A DNA stretch of 64,000 nt. Source: Candidatus Multivorans sp. Its GTDB lineage: Bacteria; Acidobacteriota; Thermoanaerobaculia; Multivoradales; Multivoraceae. Below, piece after piece: positions 9,365 to 19,185 of the stretch. The stretch covers positions 4,256,001 through 4,320,000 of the forward strand of contig OZ251997.1 of NCBI GenBank assembly GCA_965247095.1, read 5' to 3'. The notes beneath the pieces were generated by a model that was given only the letters and a program-made list of their open reading frames with translations, ran no database searches and had not been told where the DNA came from. Positions within the stretch are counted from its first letter, which is position 1, and each line of letters opens with the position of its first letter. The position numbers and the translations under genes are program-made.

Positions 9365-10432
9365 ATGAACCTCGACCAGGCCAATGCCCTCCGCTGGACT
9401 GCCGCCGTCCGCGGCTACTACGAGGTCTACTACCTGACCCTCAACGACCTGGCGAGCGAGACGGGCTGCTGGATCCGGTACGTGGTCCAGGCGCCCGAGC
9501 AGGCGGAGCGCAGCCCCGGTTTGGAGATCTGGTTCAGCTTCTTCGACCGCAGGAAACCCACGCGCACTTTCGGCGTGTTCGAGCACCGTCCCCTCGCGAC
9601 GCTCCAGTCCCGGACCGCCCCCTTTCGTCTCGGCTTCGGCGGCGGTCCGGTCGACGGAGGTCGCTTCGACGCTGCGGAACTACGCAACGGGCTGTCGCGG
9701 GGAGCGATCGGTTCGGGCGACCGGCGAGTCCGATGGGATCTGGAGTGGCCGGCGGAGTCCGAACTCATCCTGCCCTTTCCCGAAGAGCTCTACAGCTCGG
9801 GCGACGTGCCCGCAGCGATGCTCTACGCGTATCCGGCGACGAAGTTCGCCGGGACGATCGAGATCGGGGACCGCCGGCTCCTGATCGAGGGCGCGCCGGG
9901 CGAGCAGAGCCACATCTGGGGCCGGAAACACCCGCCCCACTGGCTCTGGGCCCACTGCAACCGGTTCGCCGACGATCCGGCAGGCTACCTGGAGGTTTCC
10001 TGCATCCCGGCGTCCGCGGACGGACCGCCTCCCGTCCACATGATGATCGCCCGCATCCATGGCCGCGAAGTGCGGCTGATCTCGCCGCTGGACGGTTCCG
10101 CTGCAACCAGCGATTCGACTCCGGGCCGGTGGCGCTTTTCGGCCGAATCGGAGCGCGAACGGCTCGAGCTGGAGGTGACCTGTCCTCTGGAGCTGATCCT
10201 CGAGGCGCCGTACACCGACCCGGACGGGTCGAGCTGCTTCTGTCTCCACAGCGATCTGGCGAGCTGCCGGCTACGCCTCTTCGAGCGTTGCGGCGGGGAG
10301 GACTCCGGCTCGCAACCGGAGTGGGAGAATGTCGGAGAGATCACCAGTGACGGCTGTTGCCATGTGGAGTGGGGGGACTGGCATGAGCATCTCGAGATCG
10401 ACGGACGGATCCAGCGCGTCGGGCCAGCCTGA
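9365..10432 (+). CDS. Tocopherol cyclase-like / AttH-like beta-barrel protein
   Basis: YYEVYYLT...WIRY, GEQSHIWG.KH..HWLWAHCN, YTDPDG motifs. Confidence 0.65.
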   Translation: MNLDQANALRWTAAVRGYYEVYYLTLNDLASETGCWIRYVVQAPEQAERSPGLEIWFSFFDRRKPTRTFGVFEHRPLATLQSRTAPFRLGFGGGPVDGGRFDAAELRNGLSRGAIGSGDRRVRWDLEWPAESELILPFPEELYSSGDVPAAMLYAYPATKFAGTIEIGDRRLLIEGAPGEQSHIWGRKHPPHWLWAHCNRFADDPAGYLEVSCIPASADGPPPVHMMIARIHGREVRLISPLDGSAATSDSTPGRWRFSAESERERLELEVTCPLELILEAPYTDPDGSSCFCLHSDLASCRLRLFERCGGEDSGSQPEWENVGEITSDGCCHVEWGDWHEHLEIDGRIQRVGPA

Positions 10433-11936
10433 GCGAGCGCTGACTTCCAGACTCGGCGGCTGGCCTCTGGCGCTCGGCGCCCTGCTGGGGTCGCTCGCGC
10501 TCCTGGCCGGCTGCGCTCCCGCCGGTACGGACGCCGTCGACCCGGCGGCTTCCGGCGGGCCGCTCACGGTGGCCGAGACACCCTCTTCTGCACAAACCGC
10601 GGGCGGCGAGTTCATCTCCTGGCGTGAGCACCGCATCGACGACGAGGAACTCTCCGGCGGCGTCCCGCTGCGCGGCGCCGACGGCCTGAAGATGGCCGAC
10701 CTCGACGGCGATGGACACCTGGACATCGTCTCCGTCCATGAGGACAGCGACCACGTTCGGCTCCACTTCGGGAGCGACGATCCCGACCGCTGGGCCAGCG
10801 TCACGCTGGCCGGGGGCAAGGAGGCGGCCGCGGCCGAGGACATCGCGATCGGCGACGTGAACAACGACGGTCTGCTGGACGTGCTGGTGGCGTGCGAGCT
10901 TGACCACCTGACCTACTTCCAGAACCCGGGAACGGGAGTTCGGGACGGTCGCTGGCCGCGTCTGATCCCGTCGGTGACGGCGGGGCGGGGCTCCTGGATC
11001 CGGGTCTTTCTGGCGGATCTCGACCAGGACGGTCGGCTCGAGGCCATCGCGCCGAACAAGGGAGCGCAACAGCCGGAGGGCGAGCCGGTGCCCGACACCT
11101 TCCCCCTCGAGGAAGTGTCCCTGTTCAGGATCGACGGCGATCCCCTGGTCGATTCGAGCTGGACGGAGACCGTGCTGGCGACAGTCACCGTGCCGATGAA
11201 CTCGCGGCCGGTCGACCTGGACGGGGACGGCGATCTGGACATCCTCGCGGGCAGCCGCTCGGAAGCGAGGATCTTCTGGCTGGAGAACCTGCTCGAAGCC
11301 GGATCGGGAGAGCTGGCGTTCGAGGAGCATCCGATCGAGATCGCCGGCAGAACCGTGCCGTGGCAGCCGGGGCCGCGGCGCCTCACCGGCATGAACGTCG
11401 AGTTCGCCGACCTGAACCACGACGGCAGGCTCGACCTGGTCCTCCAGGAGACGCCGGTGCTCAACGTCTGGCTCGAGCAGCCGCCGGACCCGACTGTGGA
11501 ACCGTGGACGATTCACGTGATCGGGGACACGGCGCCCGACAATCCGACCGGTCTCGCGCTGTTCGACATCGACGACGACGGCGACCTCGATCTCTGGAGC
11601 GGCGGCTACAGCTCGCGGCCGCGCGACCGCGACGGCGAGGACAAGACTGCCAAGAGCGTCGCCGGCCGCCTGGGCTGGTTCGCCAATCCCGGCGATCCGA
11701 CCGGCGAGTGGACCCGGCACGACGTCTCCCGCCGCGTGCGCGGCATGTTCGACGAGTTCGTCGTCCTCGACATGGACCAGGACGGAGACAGCGATCTGGT
11801 CGCAACCCGCGGCAACAGCGGCCGCTACGACGGCGTCTTCTGGCTCGAACAGGTCCGCACCGCCGAACCCCGGCGCTCCTTCTTCCCGGCCCGCGAGTCC
11901 GAGAGCCGGCACCTGCCGCTGCCGCCGGGCGACTGA
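10329..11936 (+). CDS. FG-GAP/VCBS-repeat lipoprotein (start uncertain, probably downstream of 10329)
   Basis: Multiple DxDGDGxxD repeats; lipobox LLAGC. Confidence 0.85.
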   Translation: MSERSPVTAVAMWSGGTGMSISRSTDGSSASGQPERALTSRLGGWPLALGALLGSLALLAGCAPAGTDAVDPAASGGPLTVAETPSSAQTAGGEFISWREHRIDDEELSGGVPLRGADGLKMADLDGDGHLDIVSVHEDSDHVRLHFGSDDPDRWASVTLAGGKEAAAAEDIAIGDVNNDGLLDVLVACELDHLTYFQNPGTGVRDGRWPRLIPSVTAGRGSWIRVFLADLDQDGRLEAIAPNKGAQQPEGEPVPDTFPLEEVSLFRIDGDPLVDSSWTETVLATVTVPMNSRPVDLDGDGDLDILAGSRSEARIFWLENLLEAGSGELAFEEHPIEIAGRTVPWQPGPRRLTGMNVEFADLNHDGRLDLVLQETPVLNVWLEQPPDPTVEPWTIHVIGDTAPDNPTGLALFDIDDDGDLDLWSGGYSSRPRDRDGEDKTAKSVAGRLGWFANPGDPTGEWTRHDVSRRVRGMFDEFVVLDMDQDGDSDLVATRGNSGRYDGVFWLEQVRTAEPRRSFFPARESESRHLPLPPGD

Positions 11937-11958
11937 AGGTCCGTCGCCGCGCCGCGCC

Positions 11959-13110
11959 TCACGCCCGCCCGTCGTAGAACCGTTCACCGAAGCTCTGCAG
12001 CTTGTCCTCGTCGATCACGATGCCCAGGCCGGGGTGCGGCGGCAGGTGGACGTAGCCGTCGCGGTCGACTCCGGTGGGTTCGGCGAGGAGCGCGTCGCGG
12101 CCCTCGAGCGTCCAGCCCGGCGGCTCGTAGGGGAACTCGCACCACTCGCAGTTGGGGCTGGCGGCCATCAGGTGGAGATTGGCGAGCAGGGCGAAGCCGT
12201 TGTTCCAGGTGTGGGCGGCGAATGCGAGGCCGTGGGTCTCGGCGAGAGCCGCCACCTTGCGGCAGCCCGCGATACCGCCGAAGAACATGGCGTCGGCCTG
12301 GAGGACGTCGAGACACTGCTTCTCGACCAGCAGTCCGTACTCGTTGAACCGCCAGTTCAGCTCGCCGCCGGCTAGGGGAATCGAGGTCCGCTGACGGAGT
12401 TCGGCCAGTGCCGCATAGTCGTTGCGGTCGAGCGGTTCCTCCAGCCAGGTCATGTCGCAGGGCTCGATGGCCTGGGCGAAGGCGGCGGCCGTGTCGGTGT
12501 CCCACTTCGGCGGTGCTCCCGGCCGGAGGGAGAAGTGGAAACCCTGGTTCGCGTCGACCATGAGCTTGAGGTCGGCGCCGACCGCGTCCCGCGCTCTCTC
12601 GATCACGGCCACGTCGTCGTGCCAGTCGTGGTGGTGGGCGCGAAGCTTGACGCCCTGGAAGCCCGTCTCCTTCAGTCGGAGCAGATTCTCGGCGCGCTCG
12701 TCCGGAGGGCGGAGTTCGGAAGTCGATGCGTAGGCCTTGATCCGGGTCCGGGTTCCGCCCAGCAACCGGTAGACCGGTTCGCCCTCCACTTTGCCGGCGA
12801 TGTCCCACAGCGCCGGCTCGAGCCAGGCCAGGCGGATGCCGAGCGCCTCCCCGGCGTCGAGCACGCTGCCGAAGCCCTCGATGTCTAGCGGGTCGCGGCC
12901 GAGGATGAAATGGCCCAGAGCGTCGCCGAGGCCGGCGTGAAACCGGCTCACGGTCATTCCCGCCGACTCGCCGACGACACCTTCGTCGGTCGTCATGCGG
13001 ACGAAGGTCAGCTCGTTGTGCGTCTGTCCGACGCCGGGCTGCGCGGCAACGTGGAGAGGCGCCGGCAGGGGCGACGCGACGTGGTACAGCTCGAGCCGGT
13101 CGATCCTCAA
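11959..13110 (-). CDS. Mandelate racemase/muconate lactonizing enzyme (enolase superfamily)
   Basis: ALWDIAGK, KLR, MVDANQ, WLEEP, AGGE, AAHTW. Confidence 0.92.
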   Translation of the reverse strand: MRIDRLELYHVASPLPAPLHVAAQPGVGQTHNELTFVRMTTDEGVVGESAGMTVSRFHAGLGDALGHFILGRDPLDIEGFGSVLDAGEALGIRLAWLEPALWDIAGKVEGEPVYRLLGGTRTRIKAYASTSELRPPDERAENLLRLKETGFQGVKLRAHHHDWHDDVAVIERARDAVGADLKLMVDANQGFHFSLRPGAPPKWDTDTAAAFAQAIEPCDMTWLEEPLDRNDYAALAELRQRTSIPLAGGELNWRFNEYGLLVEKQCLDVLQADAMFFGGIAGCRKVAALAETHGLAFAAHTWNNGFALLANLHLMAASPNCEWCEFPYEPPGWTLEGRDALLAEPTGVDRDGYVHLPPHPGLGIVIDEDKLQSFGERFYDGRA

Positions 13111-14120
13111 GGCGGCGGGCTGCCGAAGTCGACCGTCTCGAAGTCGAGCTGGTTGGGCACTCTCGGCGCGTAGCGGCCGCTCTGCTTGGCCCTGGCCAGG
13201 TGGTTCTCGGCCTGCGGGTCGGGCCCTTCGGGACGCAGCGCGCGCTGGAAGAAGCCGAGCATGTTCTCGATCCGCCGTGGGACCGAGCGGCCGGTGTGGG
13301 CGGCGCCCCGGACCAGGTGGTATTCGTGCGGGATGGCCGCGTCGAAGAGCAGGCGATGAACCAGCTCGGCGCTCAGGAACGTCAGGTTGGCGTCCTCGTC
13401 GCCGGCCTCGACCAGGAGTTGCAGACCCGATTCGCGTAGCCGGTCGGCGCTGTCGATCACGATCGTCGGCGGGTGACGCGCCCGCCAGTACTCGATGTCA
13501 ACGGGGTTGCCGAAGCGCTCGTGGAGGAACCGCATCGCGCCGGGACCGTAGGGCGTGATGTCGAGGTCGGCGAAGGAGGCTACCGGTGGGAATCCCGGTT
13601 CGAGAGCCGCCGCGGCCGCGAACGTCTCGGGATTGCGGAGGCCGATCCGGAGCGTGCCCTGGCCCCCCGCGGAGCCGCCGCCAAGCACGGTGCCGGCCCG
13701 GTCCTGTGCCACGTTGTAGTGACTTCTCACGTGGGGCAGCAGTTCCTGGAGTATGAAGGTCTCCCAACTCTTCCCTCCGCCCTTCCAGTCGATGTAGTAG
13801 GAGCCGCCTGTGATCGGAGTGACGACCACGATGTGCTCGATCGTTCCCTCGTCCCAAGCGCGTTCGAGATGGGCGCGAAGACGACGCTCCAAGTTGCCCT
13901 CGCCGCTGGAGCCGCCGTGAAGCCAGAGCAGGAGCGGGTAGGGCTCGGCGCGTTCCGGGTCATAGGCCGGCGGCAGCAGCAGGTCGAACCGCGCCTCGCC
14001 GGGCACCAGGTCGGTGGCGACGCTGTGGTTCGAGAGAGCGGACTCCTGGGCGTGGCTCGCCGCGGCGACCAGGATGATGGCGAACAGCGGAAGTGCGGTT
14101 GTCGGTGGAACTCGACGCAT
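13107..14120 (-). CDS. Secreted alpha/beta-hydrolase esterase
   Basis: LLLWLHGG, nucleophile elbow GGSAGG, GAAH; signal peptide. Confidence 0.85.
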   Translation of the reverse strand: MRRVPPTTALPLFAIILVAAASHAQESALSNHSVATDLVPGEARFDLLLPPAYDPERAEPYPLLLWLHGGSSGEGNLERRLRAHLERAWDEGTIEHIVVVTPITGGSYYIDWKGGGKSWETFILQELLPHVRSHYNVAQDRAGTVLGGGSAGGQGTLRIGLRNPETFAAAAALEPGFPPVASFADLDITPYGPGAMRFLHERFGNPVDIEYWRARHPPTIVIDSADRLRESGLQLLVEAGDEDANLTFLSAELVHRLLFDAAIPHEYHLVRGAAHTGRSVPRRIENMLGFFQRALRPEGPDPQAENHLARAKQSGRYAPRVPNQLDFETVDFGSPPP

Positions 14121-14206
14121 GATGGGGCCTCCTCGCTCGTAACCGGGGTGTTCGGAACGTAGTCTCTCCAGTCTATGCACCGATTGCACATGAGGGTCCG
14201 CTCCGA

Positions 14207-15727
14207 ATGAACGCGGCACAGCTCGCCATCGACAGCCTCGCCCGCTTCGGCGTCTACGACGCGGTGCGCTTCGGGGGCGCGACCAGAACCAACGAGGAGC
14301 AGGAGCTGTTGGCGCGCAAGCTGGCCGCGGTGTTGCGCTCGCGCGGCGTCGGAACAGGCGACCGGGTGGTCGTCATGATGCCGAACTGCCCCGAGATCTT
14401 CAGCGCCTTCCAGGCGGTGTGGAAGCTGGGCGCCGTCATCCTGCCGGTCATGCCCCAGCTCGGGGAGCGCGAGGTCGGCTATCTGCTCGAAGACTCGGGG
14501 GCGAAGGTCGCCCTCGTGGCGCCCGTCCTCGCTCCGGTGGTCGACGCGGCCAGGCGCGACGGCTCGACCTGCGAAGCGCTCCTCAGCCTGGGCTCCGTCG
14601 AGACGGCTGACGCATGCGACATCACCGCCGAGCTCGAAGCGGCGGCGCCCCTCGACATCCTGGTCGACCGGGCGGGCGACGACCTGGCCCTCCTGCTCTA
14701 CACGTCGGGCACGACCGGGCGGCCCAAGGGAGTCATGCTCACCCACGACAACATTCTGTGGTCGTCGCAGCAGATCGCCGGCATGGCCGAGATGCCGGAG
14801 GGAATGCCGATCCTGCACGTGATGCCGATGGCCCACTCCTTCGGCGTGCTGATGATGTGCGTCGGCTTCGTCAAGGGCTTCAAGGCCACGCTGATGGTGC
14901 GCTGGGACACCCGCCAGGTGTTCGAGAACATCGAGCGCTACCGGATCGAGCGGCTGGGCATGGTGCCGACGATGCTCACCTACATGCTCCACTTTCCGGA
15001 GCGCGAGCGCTACGACACGAGTTCCGTCAACTGGGTGTGGTCGGGCGGCGCGGCGCTCGCCAACGAGGTCCGCGTCGATTTCGAGCGCGAGTTCGCCTGC
15101 ACGGTCCGCGACGGCTACGGGTTGACCGAGTCCACCGCGGTCGCGACCGCGTACTCCGACAGCGATGAGTACCGAACAGGCTCCTGCGGCCGTGCGGTCG
15201 ACGGAGTCGAGGTTGCCGTCCTGGACGACGATCACAACCGGCTGCCGGCCGGGGCGGCTGGCGAGGTGTGCATCCGCGGCCGCAACGTGATGAAGGGCTA
15301 CTGGGGCAAGCCGGAGGCCACCGCCGAAGCGGTCCGCGACGGCTGGCTGCACTCGGGCGACATCGGAACCCTGGACGCGGACGGCTTCCTCCGGATCACC
15401 GATCGCAAGAAGGACCTGATCATCAAGGGCGGCGAGAACATCTCACCGCGCGAGATCGAAGAGGCGCTCTACGAGCATCCGGCGATCTCGGAAGTTGCGG
15501 TGGTTGCGGTGCCGCACAAGACGTACGGCGACGACATCTGGGCGGCGGTGGCGTTCAAACCCGGCGCTGCCGCCAGCGACGACGAGCTCCGCGCCCACAC
15601 GGCGGGCTTCGTGACCCGCTTCAAGATCCCGAGCCGCTTCGTTGTCCAGGCGGAGCTGCCGAAGAACGCGGTCGGCAAGATTCTGAAGCGCGAAGTGAGG
15701 GAGCGGCTGCTCCGGCAGCAGCCCTAG
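14207..15727 (+). CDS. Acyl-CoA synthetase (long-chain fatty acid-CoA ligase family)
   Basis: YTSGTTGRPKG, GYGLTE, SGDIG, DRKKDLII, LPKNAVGKILK. Confidence 0.94.
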   Translation: MNAAQLAIDSLARFGVYDAVRFGGATRTNEEQELLARKLAAVLRSRGVGTGDRVVVMMPNCPEIFSAFQAVWKLGAVILPVMPQLGEREVGYLLEDSGAKVALVAPVLAPVVDAARRDGSTCEALLSLGSVETADACDITAELEAAAPLDILVDRAGDDLALLLYTSGTTGRPKGVMLTHDNILWSSQQIAGMAEMPEGMPILHVMPMAHSFGVLMMCVGFVKGFKATLMVRWDTRQVFENIERYRIERLGMVPTMLTYMLHFPERERYDTSSVNWVWSGGAALANEVRVDFEREFACTVRDGYGLTESTAVATAYSDSDEYRTGSCGRAVDGVEVAVLDDDHNRLPAGAAGEVCIRGRNVMKGYWGKPEATAEAVRDGWLHSGDIGTLDADGFLRITDRKKDLIIKGGENISPREIEEALYEHPAISEVAVVAVPHKTYGDDIWAAVAFKPGAAASDDELRAHTAGFVTRFKIPSRFVVQAELPKNAVGKILKREVRERLLRQQP

Positions 15728-15755
15728 CAACTTGCGGGGCTCCGCCCGCATCCGC

Positions 15756-16661
15756 TCAGATCCCCGGGTCCACCCCGGTCATCTCCACCGACAGCTCCCA
15801 CAACCGCCTGCCGAGTCTCGGGTCGCGGCTCGTCGGCGTCGACCAGGCCTTGGCGGCGGGACCGCTCAGCTCTCCCCAGTTCCTCGGCCGGTAGTAGTCA
15901 CCGCCAGCGACGCCGGCCGCCGTCGCGGCCATGAGCGTCGGCCATGCCCCCATCGCCTGGGTATTGAAGAAGGTGCGAACCAGGGGCGCCGCGAACTGGA
16001 TCAAGGGGAAGTGGCGGCCGATCTCGGTCTGGGCCAGGCCTGGATGGCAGGCGACCGCGACTGTCCGGGAACCGCGGGCCTTGAGCCGCCGGTCGAGTTC
16101 GAACATGTGCAGCAGGTTCGCCAGCTTGCTTTGCTGATAGCGAGCCTGGCGGCCGTAGAGCTTCGCGCCGTCGATGTCGTCCCAGTGGATGCGGCCGCCC
16201 CGATGGGCCAGGCTGCTGGTGATGACGACGCGGCTGCCCTCGGTTTCCTCGAGCTTGGGCAGGAGGTGCGCCGTGAGCGCGAACGTGCCGAGGTGATTGA
16301 CGGCGAACTGTGACTCGAAGCCGTCCACGGTCAGAGCGCGGGGCGGCATCATGATGCCCGCGTTGTTGACGAGCACGTCGATGCGCCGCTCCGCGGCCGC
16401 CTGCGCGGCCGCGGTGCGGACGCTCGCAAGGTCCGCCTGATCGAGCGGCAGGAACTCGACGTCCGCCTCAGGCGATTCGGCGCGGATCTTCGCGATGGCG
16501 TCCGTTGCGCGCTGCTCGGATCGGCATCCCAGCAACACCCGCCCACCGCGCTTCGCCAGCAACTTCGCTGTCTCGAACCCGATGCCGGTGTTCGCGCCGG
16601 TGACGATGAACGTGCGGCCCGACTGGTCTGCTACTTCGCGGTCGGTGAATCCTTGTGGCAT
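15756..16661 (-). CDS. Short-chain dehydrogenase/reductase (retinol dehydrogenase-like)
   Basis: TGANTGIG, NNAG, YQQSK. Confidence 0.92.
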   Translation of the reverse strand: MPQGFTDREVADQSGRTFIVTGANTGIGFETAKLLAKRGGRVLLGCRSEQRATDAIAKIRAESPEADVEFLPLDQADLASVRTAAAQAAAERRIDVLVNNAGIMMPPRALTVDGFESQFAVNHLGTFALTAHLLPKLEETEGSRVVITSSLAHRGGRIHWDDIDGAKLYGRQARYQQSKLANLLHMFELDRRLKARGSRTVAVACHPGLAQTEIGRHFPLIQFAAPLVRTFFNTQAMGAWPTLMAATAAGVAGGDYYRPRNWGELSGPAAKAWSTPTSRDPRLGRRLWELSVEMTGVDPGI

Positions 16662-16738
16662 GAGCGTGGTCTCCTCGTGGTGCTTGCGTAGCCGATCCGG
16701 GAAGCGGCATCGTATGGATCTTCCGCCAGCATGGGACG

Positions 16739-17023
16739 CTACCGATACGCGGCGCCACGATGGGCGGCGGCGAGAAGGAAGACGATCCGTTCCTCTTCAT
16801 CGATCTCGTAGAAGAAGCGCCAGGCCCCGATGCGGTAGCGCCAGGTCGGCGGCTCATAGCCTTTGAGGCGCCGAATGTGCGGCCCCGTGTGGGGATGCTG
16901 GCGCAACTGCGGGTACACCACCCTTCTCAGCTTGTCGACGATGGCTTGATGGCCCGCGCGGGAGATCCGGCGTAGGTCCCGATCGAACCGCTCGGTCTCG
17001 AACAGCCGATCGTCAGTCAACAA
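16739..17023 (-). CDS. RelE/ParE family type II toxin
   Basis: IRRLKG...WRYRIGAWRFFYEID; overlaps the upstream antitoxin. Confidence 0.85.
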   Translation of the reverse strand: MLTDDRLFETERFDRDLRRISRAGHQAIVDKLRRVVYPQLRQHPHTGPHIRRLKGYEPPTWRYRIGAWRFFYEIDEEERIVFLLAAAHRGAAYR

Positions 17024-17255
17024 ACGAGCCCTTGCGCTCCAACGCCTGGCGCGAGCCCTCCTTCAGCCGGTGGAGCAACGACTCGTCCTCCAGGATCTCG
17101 GCCATCTCAGCGTCGTCCACGAACTGCTGCTCGCGTACCTTGGCGAGCGCCGCCGTCTGGATGAGATTCGACAGAGGCCTGTTCTCCGCGCGTGCGGCTT
17201 CCTTGAGCTCCTCGTAAGTCGCCTCGTCAAGCCTCAGGGTGACCGTCTTGCCCAT
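17013..17255 (-). CDS. CopG/ribbon-helix-helix antitoxin
   Basis: KTVTLRLDE...AARAENRPLSNLI; directly upstream of the RelE-like gene. Confidence 0.8.
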   Translation of the reverse strand: MGKTVTLRLDEATYEELKEAARAENRPLSNLIQTAALAKVREQQFVDDAEMAEILEDESLLHRLKEGSRQALERKGSFVD

Positions 17256-17348
17256 GGAGAACACAATAGCATGCAAATGTGTTCTACTTCGGCTCTGGAG
17301 TGGCGAGACCGGCTCAAAGGAGGTGACCAACGTGACTCTGAGCGACAG

Positions 17349-19151
17349 ATGAACAGGCGCAGTGTCACGTTCCTCGCGCTGTCGACTGCCCTTGCGGTCG
17401 CGTGGCCGGCCGTAGAGGGCGCGGCCGCTGGGGCACAGGGAGCACAGGAGTCTTCGTCCGGCAACTTCGTCCCGGTCACCGACGCCATGCTGCAGAACCC
17501 CGAGCCGGAAGACTGGCTCAGCTTTCGCCGCACCCTCGACGCCTGGGGCTACAGCCCGCTCGACCAGATCACGAGGGAGAACGTCGCGCGGATCCGGATG
17601 GAGTGGACCCGATCCATGGCCTCAGGAAGCGCCGAGACCACGCCGCTGGCGTACGACGGTGTCCTGTACCTGGCCAATGCGCAGGACATCGTCCAGGCGC
17701 TGTCCGCCGAGACCGGGGATCTGATCTGGGAGTACCGGCGCGATCTGCCGGAGGGCGTCTGGGGTTACGTCGGTCCACTCGCTCGCAAGACGCGCAACAT
17801 CGCCATCTGGGGCGAGTACATCCTCGGCACCAGCGCCGACCTCTACGCCTACGCTCTCAATGCTGTGACCGGCGAACTCGCGTGGGAGACCCGGATCCTC
17901 GACTACAAGGCCAACCCGGCCCATCACAGCGCTGGGCCGATCGTCGCCGACGGCAAGCTCATCTCGGGGCGGAGCTGCAGGCCCCTCGGGGGCCCCGACG
18001 CGTGCGTCATCCTCGCCCATGACGCCCAGACCGGTCGGGAACTCTGGCGACGCCGCACGTTGCCGGCGCCCGGCGAGCCGGGAGACGAGACCTGGGGCGC
18101 GGTGCCCTACGAAGACCGCCGGCACGTTGGGACCTGGATGCCACCGAGCTACGACCCGGACCTGGAACTCGTCTACATCGGCACCGGCGTCACGGCGCCG
18201 GCGCCGAGGTTCATGCTCGGCGGCGCCGATCTCACGCACCTGTACCACAACTCGACCTTGGCTCTTGACGTCTCGACCGGCGAGATCCGCTGGTACTACC
18301 AGCATCTGAACGACTCCTGGGACCTCGATCATGTGTTCGAGCGCATCCTGGTCGACACGGTGGTCGCGCCGGCGCCGGAAACGGTCCAGTGGATCAACCC
18401 GCGGCTCAAGACGGGCGAGGTGCGTAAGGTCGTCACCGGTATCCCCGGCAAGACCGGCCTGGTCTACACCCTCGATCGTGCCACCGGTGAGTTTCTCTGG
18501 GCGACGCCGACGGTGCCGCAGAACGTGATCATAGGCATCGACGGCGCCACCGGTGAGGTCAGCCTGAACGAAGAGGTGATCTTCCGCGAACTTGAGCAGG
18601 TGATGTTCATCTGTCCCTCGTGGGCGGGTGGCAAGGACTGGGAAGCAGGGGCCTACAGCCCACTCACGCGCACCATGTACTTCCCACTGCGCCAGGCGTG
18701 CGCTGAGATGCTTGTGACGACCGACTTCGAGAGCGAGAAAGTCAAGGCCCTGGACCAGACCGTCGCGCACTACGCCCTGGGCGCCAACCACCGGGTGGCG
18801 CCTGGCACTGATCTCCTCGGCACGGTGTGGGCGATCTCGGTGGAGACCGGTGAGACGCAGTGGGTCTACGAAACGCGGGCCGCCACCTTCTCGCTGCTTG
18901 CTACCGGCGGGGCTTTGCTGTTCGGGGGCGACCAGGGCGGCCGTTTCCGGGCCCTGGACCAGGAGACCGGCGATGTGCTGTGGGAGATCAACCTGGGCGC
19001 GCCGGTGATGGGCTTCCCGATCACGTACTCCCACTCCGGCCGCCAGTACGTGGCCGTCAACACCGGTCCGGGCCGGCTGACCAACGCGCGCATGACGCCC
19101 GAACTCCGCCCGAGCCGTGCCAGCAATCTGTTCGTGTTTGCGTTGCCTTAG
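17349..19151 (+). CDS. PQQ-dependent dehydrogenase (beta-propeller), exported
   Basis: Trp-docking repeats (TGELAW, TGEIRWYYQ), WDLD, GRQYVAV; signal peptide. Confidence 0.9.
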   Translation: MNRRSVTFLALSTALAVAWPAVEGAAAGAQGAQESSSGNFVPVTDAMLQNPEPEDWLSFRRTLDAWGYSPLDQITRENVARIRMEWTRSMASGSAETTPLAYDGVLYLANAQDIVQALSAETGDLIWEYRRDLPEGVWGYVGPLARKTRNIAIWGEYILGTSADLYAYALNAVTGELAWETRILDYKANPAHHSAGPIVADGKLISGRSCRPLGGPDACVILAHDAQTGRELWRRRTLPAPGEPGDETWGAVPYEDRRHVGTWMPPSYDPDLELVYIGTGVTAPAPRFMLGGADLTHLYHNSTLALDVSTGEIRWYYQHLNDSWDLDHVFERILVDTVVAPAPETVQWINPRLKTGEVRKVVTGIPGKTGLVYTLDRATGEFLWATPTVPQNVIIGIDGATGEVSLNEEVIFRELEQVMFICPSWAGGKDWEAGAYSPLTRTMYFPLRQACAEMLVTTDFESEKVKALDQTVAHYALGANHRVAPGTDLLGTVWAISVETGETQWVYETRAATFSLLATGGALLFGGDQGGRFRALDQETGDVLWEINLGAPVMGFPITYSHSGRQYVAVNTGPGRLTNARMTPELRPSRASNLFVFALP

Positions 19152-19185
19152 AGTCCGCCCAACCAGCACCTACGGGAGTCACGCC

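Noticed and set aside
15728-15756. GCGGGGCTCCGCCCGC hairpin between convergent genes as a terminator or REP copy
   Set aside because: Short imperfect stem with no U-tract; too weak to call
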